Of a stretch of DNA of 64,000 nucleotides, positions 1-10,994 are shown piece by piece. Origin of the DNA: Macrostomum lignano. Taxonomy: Eukaryota. Position numbers and translations under genes: made by a program. A model generated the notes under the pieces. The model did not search any database. It was not told the DNA's origin and saw only the letters and a list, made by a program, of their open reading frames with translations. Every line of letters starts with the position of its first letter. Within the stretch, counting starts at the first letter, position 1. The DNA is taken from positions 186,001 through 250,000 of the forward strand of contig NIVC01000092.1 of the NCBI GenBank assembly GCA_002269645.1. The letters are read 5' to 3'.

Positions 1-2
1 AC

Positions 3-1069
3 GGAACGCCGGACAGTTTCTACGACGACTTAAAGAACCTCGACTACGCCGTTGTGCCTTCTAGCGGCATTGCGGCGCCAAACTACGACGAGCTTCCAAG
101 CCAAGCGGAGCTGCGCGCCCCCGGCGCCAAAGATGACAGCGACTACGCGCTGCCGCCCGCGCACCCGGTGGCCTCCACAGATGGGGACTACGACTACAGC
201 ATCGGGGGCAGCATCGCCGAGAGCGGCTGCTCAGACTACCAGAATATCAAGGCCGCCGCGGCGGCCGCGTCTTCAATCGCGTCCTCGGAGTCACCTCAGC
301 CGCGAAAGCCTCAGCAGCAGCAGCAGCCGCAGCAGCACCGAATCACTCGCGAATTCCTTGATGACCTTCTTGCTTCCCCGGCTGGAGGCGGCAGCGGCAG
401 CGGCCGTGAAAGCGGCAGCGTCAGCGACCTGCTGATGGAGTCGGACAAGCGCAGCCTGATGTCGAACACTGAGTCCATTGACTCCGAGGACATCGCCTTC
501 CGGCCGGAGTGTCAGCTCCGCCTGACGCTGGCCGACGCCGTTAATATGCTGCGCAAACTGGAGACGGACTTCAGCGAGCGCTGCTCTCGTCTCTACAAGT
601 TCATCCACAGTCGGTGGAAGGCGGAGGCTTCGTTGGCGTTGAACATGGCGAGCCTCCGACCGACCATCACAGAGTTGAATGAGCTGCTGGGCCAGCTAGT
701 CGAGTTCCACTACGGAGTGCTGAACAATGCCCGACTGGAGGCCTGTCCGGACAGGGCGCTCTGCAAAAAGGTGTGGAAACACCTGCGAGTGTTCGAAAGG
801 AACGCTATGGAGTTTGCCGATGCCGTTGCTGGAATTCGTCGACTTGACTGGAACCCGCGGCTGGTGGCGGAGGCGTGCTCGGAGCAGGCGACTGACTACT
901 TGGGCTTCTGCGTCAGCTCCGCTCGCGACCTGCAGATCCAGCAGAGGGCGCTTTCGACAGCCGTGCATGCCAACGCGCCTCTGCTATTTCCGGTGGCACT
1001 CGATCAACTCGATGAGAAAGTTATCCCGATTGAGACAGAAGACTGGGGGCAGCAGCAACAGATGCAACG
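3..1069 (+). CDS. p130Cas: p130Cas/BCAR1/NEDD9-family adaptor, penultimate coding exon (5'-partial): Tyr-rich substrate region plus serine-rich four-helix bundle
   Basis: Open frame from position 3 with many Tyr motifs (YDDL, YAVVP, YDELP, YALP, YDYS, YQNI). The helical segment LTLADAVNMLRKLE...DRALCKKVWKHL resembles the Cas serine-rich domain (human BCAR1 DRALHAKLSRQL). Donor CG|GTGCGA at 1069/1070 is in phase with the next exon. Confidence 0.75.
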
Positions 1070-1139
1070 GTGCGACTGGGTGTAGCTCTGGGCTCTAGCT
1101 CTGGTGACTGTCTGACATTGTTGAGTATCTCTGACTGTA

Positions 1140-1550
1140 GTGTCTCTCTGACTCTCTGACCGATGAGTGTCTCTCTGACTATCTGACCGATGAGTGTCTC
1201 TCTGACTCTCTGACCGATGAGTGTCTCTCTGACTCTCTGACCGATGAGTGTCTCTCTGACCGATGAGTGTCTCTCTGACCGATGAGTGTCTCTCTGACCG
1301 TTGAGTGTCTCTCTGACCGATGAGTTTCCTCTGACCGTTGAGTGTCTCTCTGACCGATGAGTGTCCTTTAACCGTTGAGTGTCTCTCTGACCGATGAGTG
1401 TCTCTCTGACCGATGAGTTTCCTCTGACCGTTGAGTGTCTCTCTGACCGATGAGTGTCCTTTAACCGTTGAGTGTCTCTCTGACCGATGAGTGTCTCTCT
1501 GACCGATGAGTGTCTCTCTGACCGATGAGTGTCTCTCTGACCGTTGAGTG
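1140..1550. repeat. Intronic minisatellite, ~19-21 bp unit CTCTCTGACCGATGAGTGT
   Basis: Tandem units read directly; lies inside the Cas intron 1070-1686. Confidence 0.95.
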
Positions 1551-1686
1551 GCTTTCCGATAGTTAAGTCTCTCTTCGCTTGCATTGTGGTGTCTCCGTCT
1601 GACCGTAGTGTCTCGACTTTTGGCGATGGATGACGGATCCACGAACATCTCGAAACCATCAGTTCACTGCCTTTCTATTTACACAG

Positions 1687-2212
1687 ATTATCATTAGTTT
1701 CGTCACAATCAAGCGGGTCGCAGAACCAGAATGTGACATCGGATTACATGCGCATGAACTTACTCACCGACTCAACCACCGGACTGCCGCCTGGCGACCG
1801 GGAACTCCTCGTCATGTACAGCGAACGACTCCGCATGGGCAGCGAAGCTTACGCAGTCATGTGCCAGGACCTGCAGGGGGTGCTGTCTTCGCGCCAGTCA
1901 TCTGGGGCAGTCATCGGCAGCCTCTGCCGCAGTCTGGTGTCCCGAGCCTACAAGCTGAGCCAGATGGCTGCCATGCTACACGAAGGCCTGCACTCGGTGC
2001 AGTTGAAGTCCGCCCTAGAACAGCTGATCAGCCGTCTGGGCCACCAGCTCAAAGCTATTCTGCGCACATCCAAGGCAGTCATGGAGACGGCGCCGGCCGA
2101 GTGGCAGCAGCAGCTGGCTGGCCAGTTGTCGAAGTACATCGCCGAATCTTTGGACATGGTGCGTGAGCTAAGCCAGCTAGTGATGCTCAGAGCGACTGCG
2201 GGAGTGCCTTGA
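1687..2212 (+). CDS. p130Cas: p130Cas-family terminal exon: C-terminal FAT-like CAS_C domain
   Basis: Acceptor TTTACACAG|A at 1686/1687, phase-compatible with the previous exon. DRELLVMYSE...SRAYKL...LKAILRTSKA matches BCAR1 DRQLLLFYLE...SAHKL...LRGIVATTKA. Stop TGA at 2212. Confidence 0.8.
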
Positions 2213-2371
2213 GGGTTTGAGGACTCGACAGACAGACTTTTCCAGTTGAATTTATCCCATAGTGATATTGTTGGTTGTGCTTTCGTCCTTGCCTCTCTTT
2301 GTTTTGCTCATGCCCTTTTTTCCCAGTGTCCTCTGAACTCTACGCATGTAGGACCTCAAGGGTGCTGTCCC

Positions 2372-3005
2372 CCATCGATGTGTCTCCTGGTTCACTTCCT
2401 CATCTATGTGTCTCCTGGTTCACTTCCCCATCAATGTGTCTCCTGGTTCACTTCTCCATCTATGTGTCTCCTGGTTCACTTCCCCATCAATGTGTCTCCT
2501 GGTTCACTTCTCCATCAATGTGTCTCCTGGTTCACTTCCCCATCAATGTGTCTCCTGGTTCACTTCCCCATCTATGTGTCTCCTGGTTCACTTCCCCATC
2601 AATGTGTCTCCTGGTTCACTTCCCCATCTATGTGTCTCCTGGTTCACTTCCCCATCAATGTGTCTCCTGGTTCACTTCCCCATCTATGTGTCTCCTGGTT
2701 CACTTCCCCATCGATGTGTCTGCAGGTGCACTTCCCCATCGATGTGTCTCCTGGTTCACTTCCCCATCGATGTGTCTCCTGGTTCACTTCCCCATCGATG
2801 TGTCTCCTGGTTCACTTCCCCATCGATGTGTCTGCAGGTTCACTTCCCCATCGATGTGTCTGCAGGTGCACTTCCCCATCGATGTGTCTGCAGGTTCACT
2901 TCCCCATCAATGTGTCTGCAGGTTCACTTCCCCATCGATGTGTCTGCAGGTTCACTTCCCCATCGATGTGTCTGCAGGTTCACTTCCCCATCGATGTGTC
3001 TCCTT
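2372..3005. repeat. 28-bp minisatellite TGTGTCTCCTGGTTCACTTCCCCATCRA
   Basis: About 22 tandem units; the variant TGTGTCTGCAGG dominates the right half. Confidence 0.95.
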
Positions 3006-3869
3006 ATGGCCCTCGTCCTCAGGAATGTGTCTCCTCCACCGCTTCACGTCACCATTGATATGTCTTCTGTTGCATGCTCTATGAAGAAGTCATCGAAGTA
3101 TTTCTGCTAAGGTAAATTCTCAGGCACTACAACAGGAATAGTTGTTCAATCGAAGATTTACAGGTAAAATTTTGAGTTCGACACAAAGATATTTGTCCGC
3201 AGTGACGCTAAAGCATCAGCTAAAAGCGCTGATCTCGCTAGTCTGCGAAACTTTCTCACTGACTAAACACGCTTTCCAACAACAATTAGATTGGCAGAAT
3301 GACTCGAACTACGCTCGTACAAGTAGATTACATGCTTCGCTTCGCACATCAATGCCGAATTTATGCTTCTCTGGTTGCTATGGAGACTCAATTTTTTTCT
3401 GCAGCTGCGTCAACTGCTTTATTTTTTGCATGTACGAATGCAAGCAGAAGTATTGATTAATTACGAATATTAACTTTGCATGCATATTGCTCGATCGTTT
3501 ATTTGTACAGTAAATTGTTGTTAACAATCGATGTATTACCGCTGATGCAAGTTGCTCAATTTTTACGTGCTCGGTCGATCACAACTCGATCGGTGAACAA
3601 CGTGCCTCTGTTTCTTTTAAGTCTGCTTTGATAGATTTTAACAAACTACAGGAAGAAAAGAAGAATCTGAAAAAGAAACAGGAAATTCATAACTTGCTGC
3701 CTACTTGCAATAGTGTAGCTAGAAAATTACTGGTCAAAAATAACAAAAAGGTTAAATTTAATTTAAAATGGTTCTAAACTTGGACCCCCGAATATAAGAG
3801 GCCATCAAGCTCGACGAATGACAGGAGCTCAACTTTTACCACTCCTGAACGTGACATCCACCGGCCAGA

Positions 3870-4132
3870 GAGACAGGGGCGCCCACCAAGAATCACTGGT
3901 GCCCACCAAGAGACAGGGGTGCCCACCAAGAATCACTGGTGCCCACCAAGAGACAGGGGCGCCCACCAAGAATCACTGGTGCCCACCAAGAGACAGGGGC
4001 GCCCACCAAGAATCACTGGTGCCCACCAAGAGACAGGGGTGCCCACCAAGAGACAGGGGCGTCCACCAAGAGACAGGGGTGCCCACCAAGAATCACTGGT
4101 GCCCACCAAGAGATAGGGGCGCCCACCAAGAC
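3870..4132. repeat. Composite 20-bp tandem repeat (GAGACAGGGGYGCCCACCAA / GAATCACTGGTGCCCACCAA)
   Basis: Two alternating related units sharing GCCCACCAAGA. Confidence 0.9.
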
Positions 4133-5148
4133 ACAAAACTATGGCATACCTTATGCTTGCGGCCCCTTCTAATTGAAATCGATTGTCTTCTAAACAGACT
4201 AGCTGGACCTCTTCAAAATACAATTAATTTGACCTCGTCATAGCACAACTGAACGCACGAATCGAACAAGTACCGAATACCTGAGTCGGCATTAGCAAAG
4301 CTGTAAAATGCGATAAGTTTATTGGGTATAGGAAATTTTTTAAAATAGTGCCTTTCTTAATTTGAAATCCATCAACACTTGAAACATAGGCATTTCTATT
4401 TAGCTGCAAAACGAATTTCGGCGTTTCCTAGAAAGCAGAAGCCGCTGCGAAGTTTGCAAGCTGAAAAAAGTAACCAATTTTTAAAACGTCTTTTTTACCG
4501 CCATAAACTGCCTCGACAGCTTTCACAACATTTCACGGCCGTGTTGACGAATTGTAAATTGGAGCGAGCGCCACCTGGTATAAACAAAACGCACCCAGCG
4601 GATTCAAAAACTTCATAAAAAAGAAGATTCTGCATTGAACAAAAAACCCACACACATATTGCATCTGCGATTCTTCAGCGTGCTGCAACAGCATGCGAGC
4701 GGAGCTGATAAGGAATGGGGTGTGCAATATACCGGTGTAACGGCAGTTTGTTAAGATGATATTGCTGGTTCGAATGGGCACTGTTGACCTGCCGGGCTTG
4801 TATAGGGGTTTTTACCCCCGCGTGCCTGCCCATGTGTGCGCTGTTCTTGAAGTTTTTCCTTTTGGCAAACTCTGCTTCTGTAGTACAGAAACTTGTTGCA
4901 GAGATCTTCTTTGGCCATGAGGAAAGGTCGGAATTTTTTGATTGGCCAAGTGAACATTTTTCGACAAAGTGTCTTTTATTTTGAATTGCGGCTTCTCTCT
5001 GCCGTCTCTCGCTCCAAGATTAATTACCGTAGCCAAGGGCTGTGAAGAAGGATTATATAATAAAGGAGCTCTACGTGTTTAACAACCGCAGGTAACAATC
5101 TTTGTAAATCTCGTCGCCCAATAACTGCTGAAGCTCCTGGAAGCTGAG

Positions 5149-5211
5149 ATGTCAGCAGCTGCTGTCAAACGGTTTCGCTGCAGGAGGTGTCCGTTTGAAG
5201 CCGACACCAAG
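5149..5211 (+). CDS. hb: hunchback-like C2H2 zinc-finger TF, exon 1 (first half of ZF1)
   Basis: ATG 5149 MSAAAVKRFRCRRCPFEADTK, donor AAG|GTATGA. An in-frame TAA lies upstream at 5122. Confidence 0.75.
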
Positions 5212-5287
5212 GTATGAATGCTCTGAGAATGTCTTGATTGACAGGGTGCAAATATAGGGTCTGTCTGCGATCTTCTACCTGCTCACA

Positions 5288-5460
5288 TCTCACATTCCTT
5301 CATCTCACAGTCCTTCATCTCACAGTCCTTCATCTCACAGTCCTTCATCTCTCGGTCCTTCATCTCACAGTCCTTCATCTCACAGTCCTTCATCTCACAG
5401 TCCTTCATTTCACGGTCCTTCATCTCATAGTTCTTTATCTCACAGTCCTTCATCTCCAAC
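5288..5460. repeat. 15-bp intronic minisatellite CTTCATCTCACAGTC
   Basis: Tandem units filling the hb intron. Confidence 0.95.
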
Positions 5461-5513
5461 CCCGCATCTCTCATTTAAATTAATCTCAACCAAATCCCGA
5501 ACCCTCTGCCAAG

Positions 5514-5981
5514 ACGGAGCTGTGGCGTCACTCGCGCGGCCACATGCGGCCGGAGCGAACTCTGCAGTGCCCCAGCTGTGAGTTCGTCACCGAGCACCGG
5601 CATCACCTGCTCTATCACGAGCGTAACCATAGCAACCAGAAGCCGTTCGCCTGCGACGAGTGCAACTACAGGTGCGTGAACCGCAGCATGCTGAATTCGC
5701 ACAAGAGGTCGCATTCAACTGAGAGGCAGTTCACCTGCCGAGACTGCGGCTACGCTACTAAATACCGGCACTCGCTGCTCAGTCATCTCAGGAAACGAGG
5801 TCACGGACCACCTCCGATGATGAAACCAGCGGAGCCGCTTCAGCAGCAGCAACAGTTGCCTACTGGTGAACTGGGCCAAGAGATTGTCGAGTTCTGGAGG
5901 CTGATAGGAGCTGCCGCTGCCGCCGCTGCAGCCGTGGCGGCCGCATCAGCGGCAGCTGGGAAGCCAAATACTGAGAGTTGA
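5514..5981 (+). CDS. hb: hunchback-like TF, exon 2 (ZF1 end to ZF4 plus Q/A-rich tail)
   Basis: Acceptor CCAAG|[70 protein letters not shown]...[23 protein letters not shown] closely matches the diagnostic central fingers of Drosophila Hunchback (CPFVTEFKHHLEYH, CVNKSMLNSH, YATKYCHS). Confidence 0.92.
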   Translation, partial: TELWRHSRGHMRPERTLQCPSCEFVTEHRHHLLYHERNHSNQKPFACDECNYRCVNRSMLNSHKRSHSTERQFTCRDCGYATKYRHSLLSHLRKRGHGPPPMMKPAEPLQQQQQLPTGELGQEIVEFWRLIGAAAAAAAAVAAASAAAGKPNTES

Positions 5982-6074
5982 TGAAGCATCGCCGAGTGAG
6001 AAGCTGCATCGGTTCATTGACTCTGGAAAATTAATAGTTTCGGGGGTAACGGACTGCCTGCTCTAGGAATGTAT

Positions 6075-6310
6075 TGATTATCTAATGAACTGTCTGATGA
6101 AGAATCAAATGAACTGTCTGATGAAGAATCTAATGAACTGTTTGATGAAGAATCTAATGAACTGTTTGATGAAGAATCAAATGAATTGTTTGATGAAGAA
6201 TCAAATGAACTGCCTGATGAAGAATCTAATGAAAGTCTGTGTGTTGAAGAAGCTAATGAAATATCTGATTAAGAATCAAATAAACTTTCTGATGAAGAAC
6301 CAAATAAAGT
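6075..6310. repeat. 24-bp tandem repeat GATGAAGAATCWAATGAACTGTYT downstream of hb
   Basis: Degenerating tandem units about 100 bp after the hb stop. Confidence 0.85.
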
Positions 6311-8102
6311 CTGATAAACACTCAAACAAATTGATTCTGTTAAAAGAAGTCTGATAAATATTCAGCATCTTATCAGTTATGAAGACAGTGCCATATGCAT
6401 TGATACACGCAATACCCAACATTTAAGAAGGATCCTATTGCTATACCACAATTTAGGAAATCTCATTAGCTAACGCTCGTTGATTCTTAGTATTGCTACA
6501 CGATGAAAGCGGTCTTTCGCGTCCCTGGGATTTCCCATAGCATAGCATAGCATAGCACAGAGGGCCATAGCATTAAAGACCTCGGAAACCATGCTCTATT
6601 AACATTAATGACACTACCAATATTTTATCAATTGTCTTGGTTACGAGCTACATGTACAAGGCAGGCAATGCTTTTCTTAGAAAAAAATTTTTGCCTCTTA
6701 ACATCAGCTCAGTGAAATTGTTTTCAGTGATTTGCATGTTGTTGTCACAATTTTCTGGCTCAAATATAAAAGCAGTTTTAATGCCCATAAATTCTATTAA
6801 AATTTGCTTGTGGGATGTGCGAACCTTTGTGCAACACCTTCGTCGGCGACATCGTCCGGTATGTACACATCAGCGGCCCCTGATTTCTAATCGCCCTCTC
6901 TGTGCCTTGGGGATTGGCACTCATAACTCTGAATCAGAAATTGGGAAATTCGCACTATGTAGTTGTCCATTTTGGGCAGACAATTTACATTAGATCCACC
7001 CCCTCAATCAAAAGATATTAAAGTGATAGGATTTACGTAACATGGTTAAAAAATTACCAGACGGAAATTAATGACAAAAACATTAGATATTAGTTTTTGC
7101 TAAAATTTAGCAAAAGCTTTTATTAACTTGTTTAATTTACTTACAGAAAGTAGAGTCCTTTCAAGTTCAGATTTATTAAACTGAAAAAGATTACAGAAGC
7201 TTGGGTTTAGTTTGCCTGATTTTAGTTTGTGACTTTTTGTTTAAATTTGACAAAATATTTAAAAGTTTGAAAAATCTGTTACGCGCTGTCTGAAGAGCTA
7301 AGTATCTGAACGAACTGTCATTTATAAAATAATATATACGGAACCAGAGAAGTCAAGGTCAGATAAGAAGCCAATAAAAATCATGATACAACAAAATTAA
7401 AGTTCAAATATTAATAAAAAGCAACAGCAAAACAAAATCTGGTTATAACAAAGGCAGTAGCTTCAAGGTAAGCATGTTGAACTTCATTTTTTGTTTGTAG
7501 TTTAGAAAATATTTTGTACACTTTTAAGAAAAAATCTGCTTAAAACTTTTGCAAATAGCTTTTTACTACTATCAGTAGGCAGGCGGTGAATATATTCGTT
7601 CGCAATATATAAATTAGTTTAATTAAAAATAAGCGATACGCAATCCAGGAGAATTCTAAAGCAGCTGATAAGCGAACCAAACAGTAAATTTTAAATAAAG
7701 AAAGTGTAAAGATAATAATAGCATAAAATAGTAGCGAGTAATAAATAATATTAGTATTTGTCAATAATAATAGTAATAATAATAATATTATAATAATTAT
7801 AATAATAATATTAATAGCTAATATAATAACAATAATGATAGAATTAACAATATTAATGAAAGCAATACTCGCTCCATCCAAGCCTAGCAAGAACTTTCAA
7901 AATTTTAAACCCTGTCATTTCATTACAACAATTATATAACGCCGTCATAATGACTTGTTACGGAGCTGCATGACTCTAAAAGCGAAAATTTTTTTTTAAA
8001 TAATACGAGTCAAGCTAAGTTTTAAATATCTTTAAAATGTGTTTTCATTCTGTGTTCCAGTCAAAATCTGCTGATCCCGAGCCTGGCTCCACCCGGTTTT
8101 GA

Positions 8103-8345
8103 TTAGAAATTCGCCACGATAACTCCGTAGGCCTTGAGCGCGGACATGACAATGTAGAATAGCCACAGGGAGCAGAGAATTCCGCCGGACACGAACTTCA
8201 GTGTCCGGTTGCCACCCAACTCGCTGCAGCCGAACGGCTTCATGAAGCGGCGCAGTATGAGCAGCACAATGGCCAGCATGGAGCACACGGTGTACAGGAT
8301 GACGGAGAACACCAAGTCACCTGCGGGCACGTTGAAGCTGCCATC
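8103..8345 (-). CDS. SLC8A: NCX exon 7 (terminal); spliced total 2430 nt = 809 aa
   Basis: Acceptor CACCAG|; DGSFNVPAGDLVFSV...RRFMKPFGCSELGG...LWLFYIVMSALKAYG. Stop TAA at 8103. Confidence 0.93.
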   Translation of the reverse strand, partial: DGSFNVPAGDLVFSVILYTVCSMLAIVLLILRRFMKPFGCSELGGNRTLKFVSGGILCSLWLFYIVMSALKAYGVIVANF

Positions 8346-9525
8346 CTGGTGTTGGGGAAGGAATTAGTTGGACGAGTATGCAATTAATGGATAAATGGAC
8401 GCAGTCGGCCATGAAAGACAACTCCCCCAACAAGGCTCAGAGAGTGTACATGTCTGACGATTAGAAAGTCAGGGCCGCTGTACACACTGTGTGAGCGCAT
8501 GCCTGAGTACGAATCGTTGCAATGACAATTAGCTAACTACAAAATTAGTTTCTAATTTTCAGTTTTTATTAATATCGGGAGATCCAACCCTGACGCACAA
8601 AATTTAAGAACACAGACTTAACATTTTAACCTTCTCAAACAATAATCAAGTCTCCAGCCCTCTAGACCGGTGGCATCAGGTGACTATAGGCAAGCCTCAA
8701 CTCTCAAGTATTCCGGCCCTGTCATCACACCGACTCCGTCGACACCTTCAATGGGTGGCACTGCAGCAGTTGAGGTTTGCCAACTTTTGAGGCTTTGATA
8801 AGCGAAACTATGGAGAAATGTATGCTTCATCTCTGACTCACGAGTCTTACCGTCTCCAAGGGTCTCCCCAGTGAGTCAGATGTTAGCAGCCCTCAATTTG
8901 CATTAATAATTCACTCAGCTCAGCAGCCTAACATACAGACAGGCTGTCCTAGCCAGGAACAGACGCTATGGTTGCCATTGACAACGGGACAGGAGGCATC
9001 TGTAGCCAGGTGCGACACAGCTTCAATTCATCTCATACGAGTAGACGAAGATCTGAGACCCGGGTCTTATTAAACACAGGCTTCGTAACCACAGGCTAAA
9101 ATCCCGTGAAATTCATCTCCCATAGCGACCGTATCCAAGGTCAACGATGCAGAATTTTAGTGACAGACTGTACGTACTGCTACGACTTTTAGCGTTGTAA
9201 TCTTTGACTGTACACTGCGTTTATATCCTAGCCACGTGTCATAAACTGTGATACATGCCCTGTAGCCCAAATACCTTTTGGGAACTCCAGCGCGTATTCA
9301 GAAACTCGTTCATTTTTAACTTGATGTGGCTGCCGATCGATGTCAATTTAATTTAATTTGGCACATAAAATTATCGCTGAATTCAGCTGAACTAACTAGC
9401 GAGGGGTTTTCCTTCGATCCAGTCACGAAACGAAGCATGATTTTTATTGCATCAATTTCTCAGCTTTTTAGCTAATTGGAATTAACTGGATTCACAAAGC
9501 TTATGAATGTCTATGAAATGAAAAT

Positions 9526-10491
9526 CAGGGGCGTGGCCATGGATTTTATGGTGGGAGGACAAAACCAGGAATTCTAAATGTACATTATGTTTAGAATCTG
9601 TGTTCGGTGTTTCATTTTGGCGCCGCAGGCACTCATTTTGGCGCCGCAGGCACTCATTTTGGCGCCACAGGCACTCATTTTGGCGCCGCAGACAGGCTCT
9701 CATTTTCACGCCGCAGGCACTCATTTTGGCGCCGCAGACAGGCTCTCATTTTCACGCCGCAGGCACTCATTTTAGCGCCGCAGGCACTCATTTTGGCGCC
9801 ACAGGCACTCATTTTGGCGCCGCAGGCACTCATTTTGGCGCCGCAGACAGGCTCTCATTTTCACGCCGCAGGCACTCATTTTGGCGCCGCAGGCACTCAT
9901 TTTGGCGCCGCAGACAGGCTCTCATTTTCACGCCGCAGGCACTCATTTTGGCGCCGCAGGCACTCATTTTGGCGCCGCAGACAGGCTCTCATTTTCACGC
10001 CGCAGGCACTCATTTTGGCGCCGCAGACAGGCACTCATTTTGGCGCCGCAGGCACTCATTTTGGCGCCGCAGACAGGCTCTCATTTTCACGCCGCAGGCA
10101 CTCATTTTAGCGCCGCAGGCACTCATTTTGGCGCCGCAGGCACTCATTTTGGCGCCACAGGCACTCATTTTGGCGCCACAGGCACTCATTTTGGCGCCAC
10201 AGGCACTCATTTTGGCGCCACAGGCACTCATTTTGGCGCCGCAGGCACTCATTTTAGCGCCGCAGGCACTCATTTTAGCGCCACAGGCACTCATTTTGGC
10301 GCCACAGGCACTCATTTTGGCGCCACAGGCACTCATTTTGGCGCCACAGGCACTCATTTTGGCGCCACAGGCACTATTTTTTGTCACCCTGAAGCAAAAT
10401 TTTTCATTTACGGGTCACAAGGTAGGGTGGGGGACAAAGCATTGACATGTCCCCCCCTGTCCTCCCTGTCCCCCCGGTGGCGACGCCCCTG
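9526..10491. mobile_element. Non-autonomous hAT-type element carrying an internal 21-bp minisatellite
   Basis: TIRs CAGGGGCGTGGCCA / TGGCGACGCCCCTG. Exact 8-bp TSD ATGAAAAT at 9518-9525 and 10492-10499. Internal array GCAGGCACTCATTTTGGCGCC at ~9610-10375. Confidence 0.9.
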
Positions 10492-10621
10492 ATGAAAATG
10501 TTTATGGATGTACTTTTCCTGACTATGAGAAAGTCGGACCTGCTGTACACCCTGTGTGAGCGCGTGCTCGGGTGCCATAAACCTGCTGCTACCATCAAGC
10601 ATCCAGCATGTGGCTGTTTAC

Positions 10622-10951
10622 CTTGGCAGTGTGGTAGATTGCAGCAATCATCCAGGGCAGCCCGAGGCCCAGGAAAACGTTCACCGAGTTGCTGCCAGTC
10701 ACGTTACCAACTGCGTTGTCAGCGGAGTCGTCCGCCGTGGCGGCCTGCTTGCTGGCGAACAGGTCCGGCAGAGAGGTGCCCAACGCAACGAAGGTGATGG
10801 CGGTCACCGAGTCTTTCAGGCCGACCAGGCAACCGAAGATCGACGCCAAATCGCCGATGATGGCGGTGAGCATGCCGATCATGGCCAGCGAGACAAAGAA
10901 GCAGAGCCAGCCGCCCCAGATGCTGGGCGGCGGAATCACCGCGAATATTAT
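10622..10951 (-). CDS. SLC8A: NCX exon 6: alpha-2 repeat
   Basis: IIFAVIPPPSIWGGWLCF...VALGTSLPDLFAS...GNVTGSNSVNVFLGLG. Acceptor CCACAG|, donor AAG|GTAAAC. Confidence 0.95.
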
Positions 10952-10994
10952 CTGTGGAATGACGATGGCTCAGGTGGATGCTCTAATCACGGAA

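Noticed and set aside
1004-3110. Repeat-derived ORFs around the Cas gene
   Set aside because: Translations of the 19-bp and 28-bp minisatellites.
6085-6354. 89-aa MNCLMKN ORF, or acidic DEESNEL frame, as a possible extra hb exon
   Set aside because: 24-bp tandem repeat after the hb stop, with no supporting splice sites or zinc fingers.
5982-7000. Nanos response element in the hb 3' region
   Set aside because: No GTTGT-N5-ATTGTA bipartite motif was found by eye.
8600-9300. Hammerhead ribozyme or Penelope-like element in NCX intron 6
   Set aside because: No CTGATGA...GAAA core with flanking stems on either strand.
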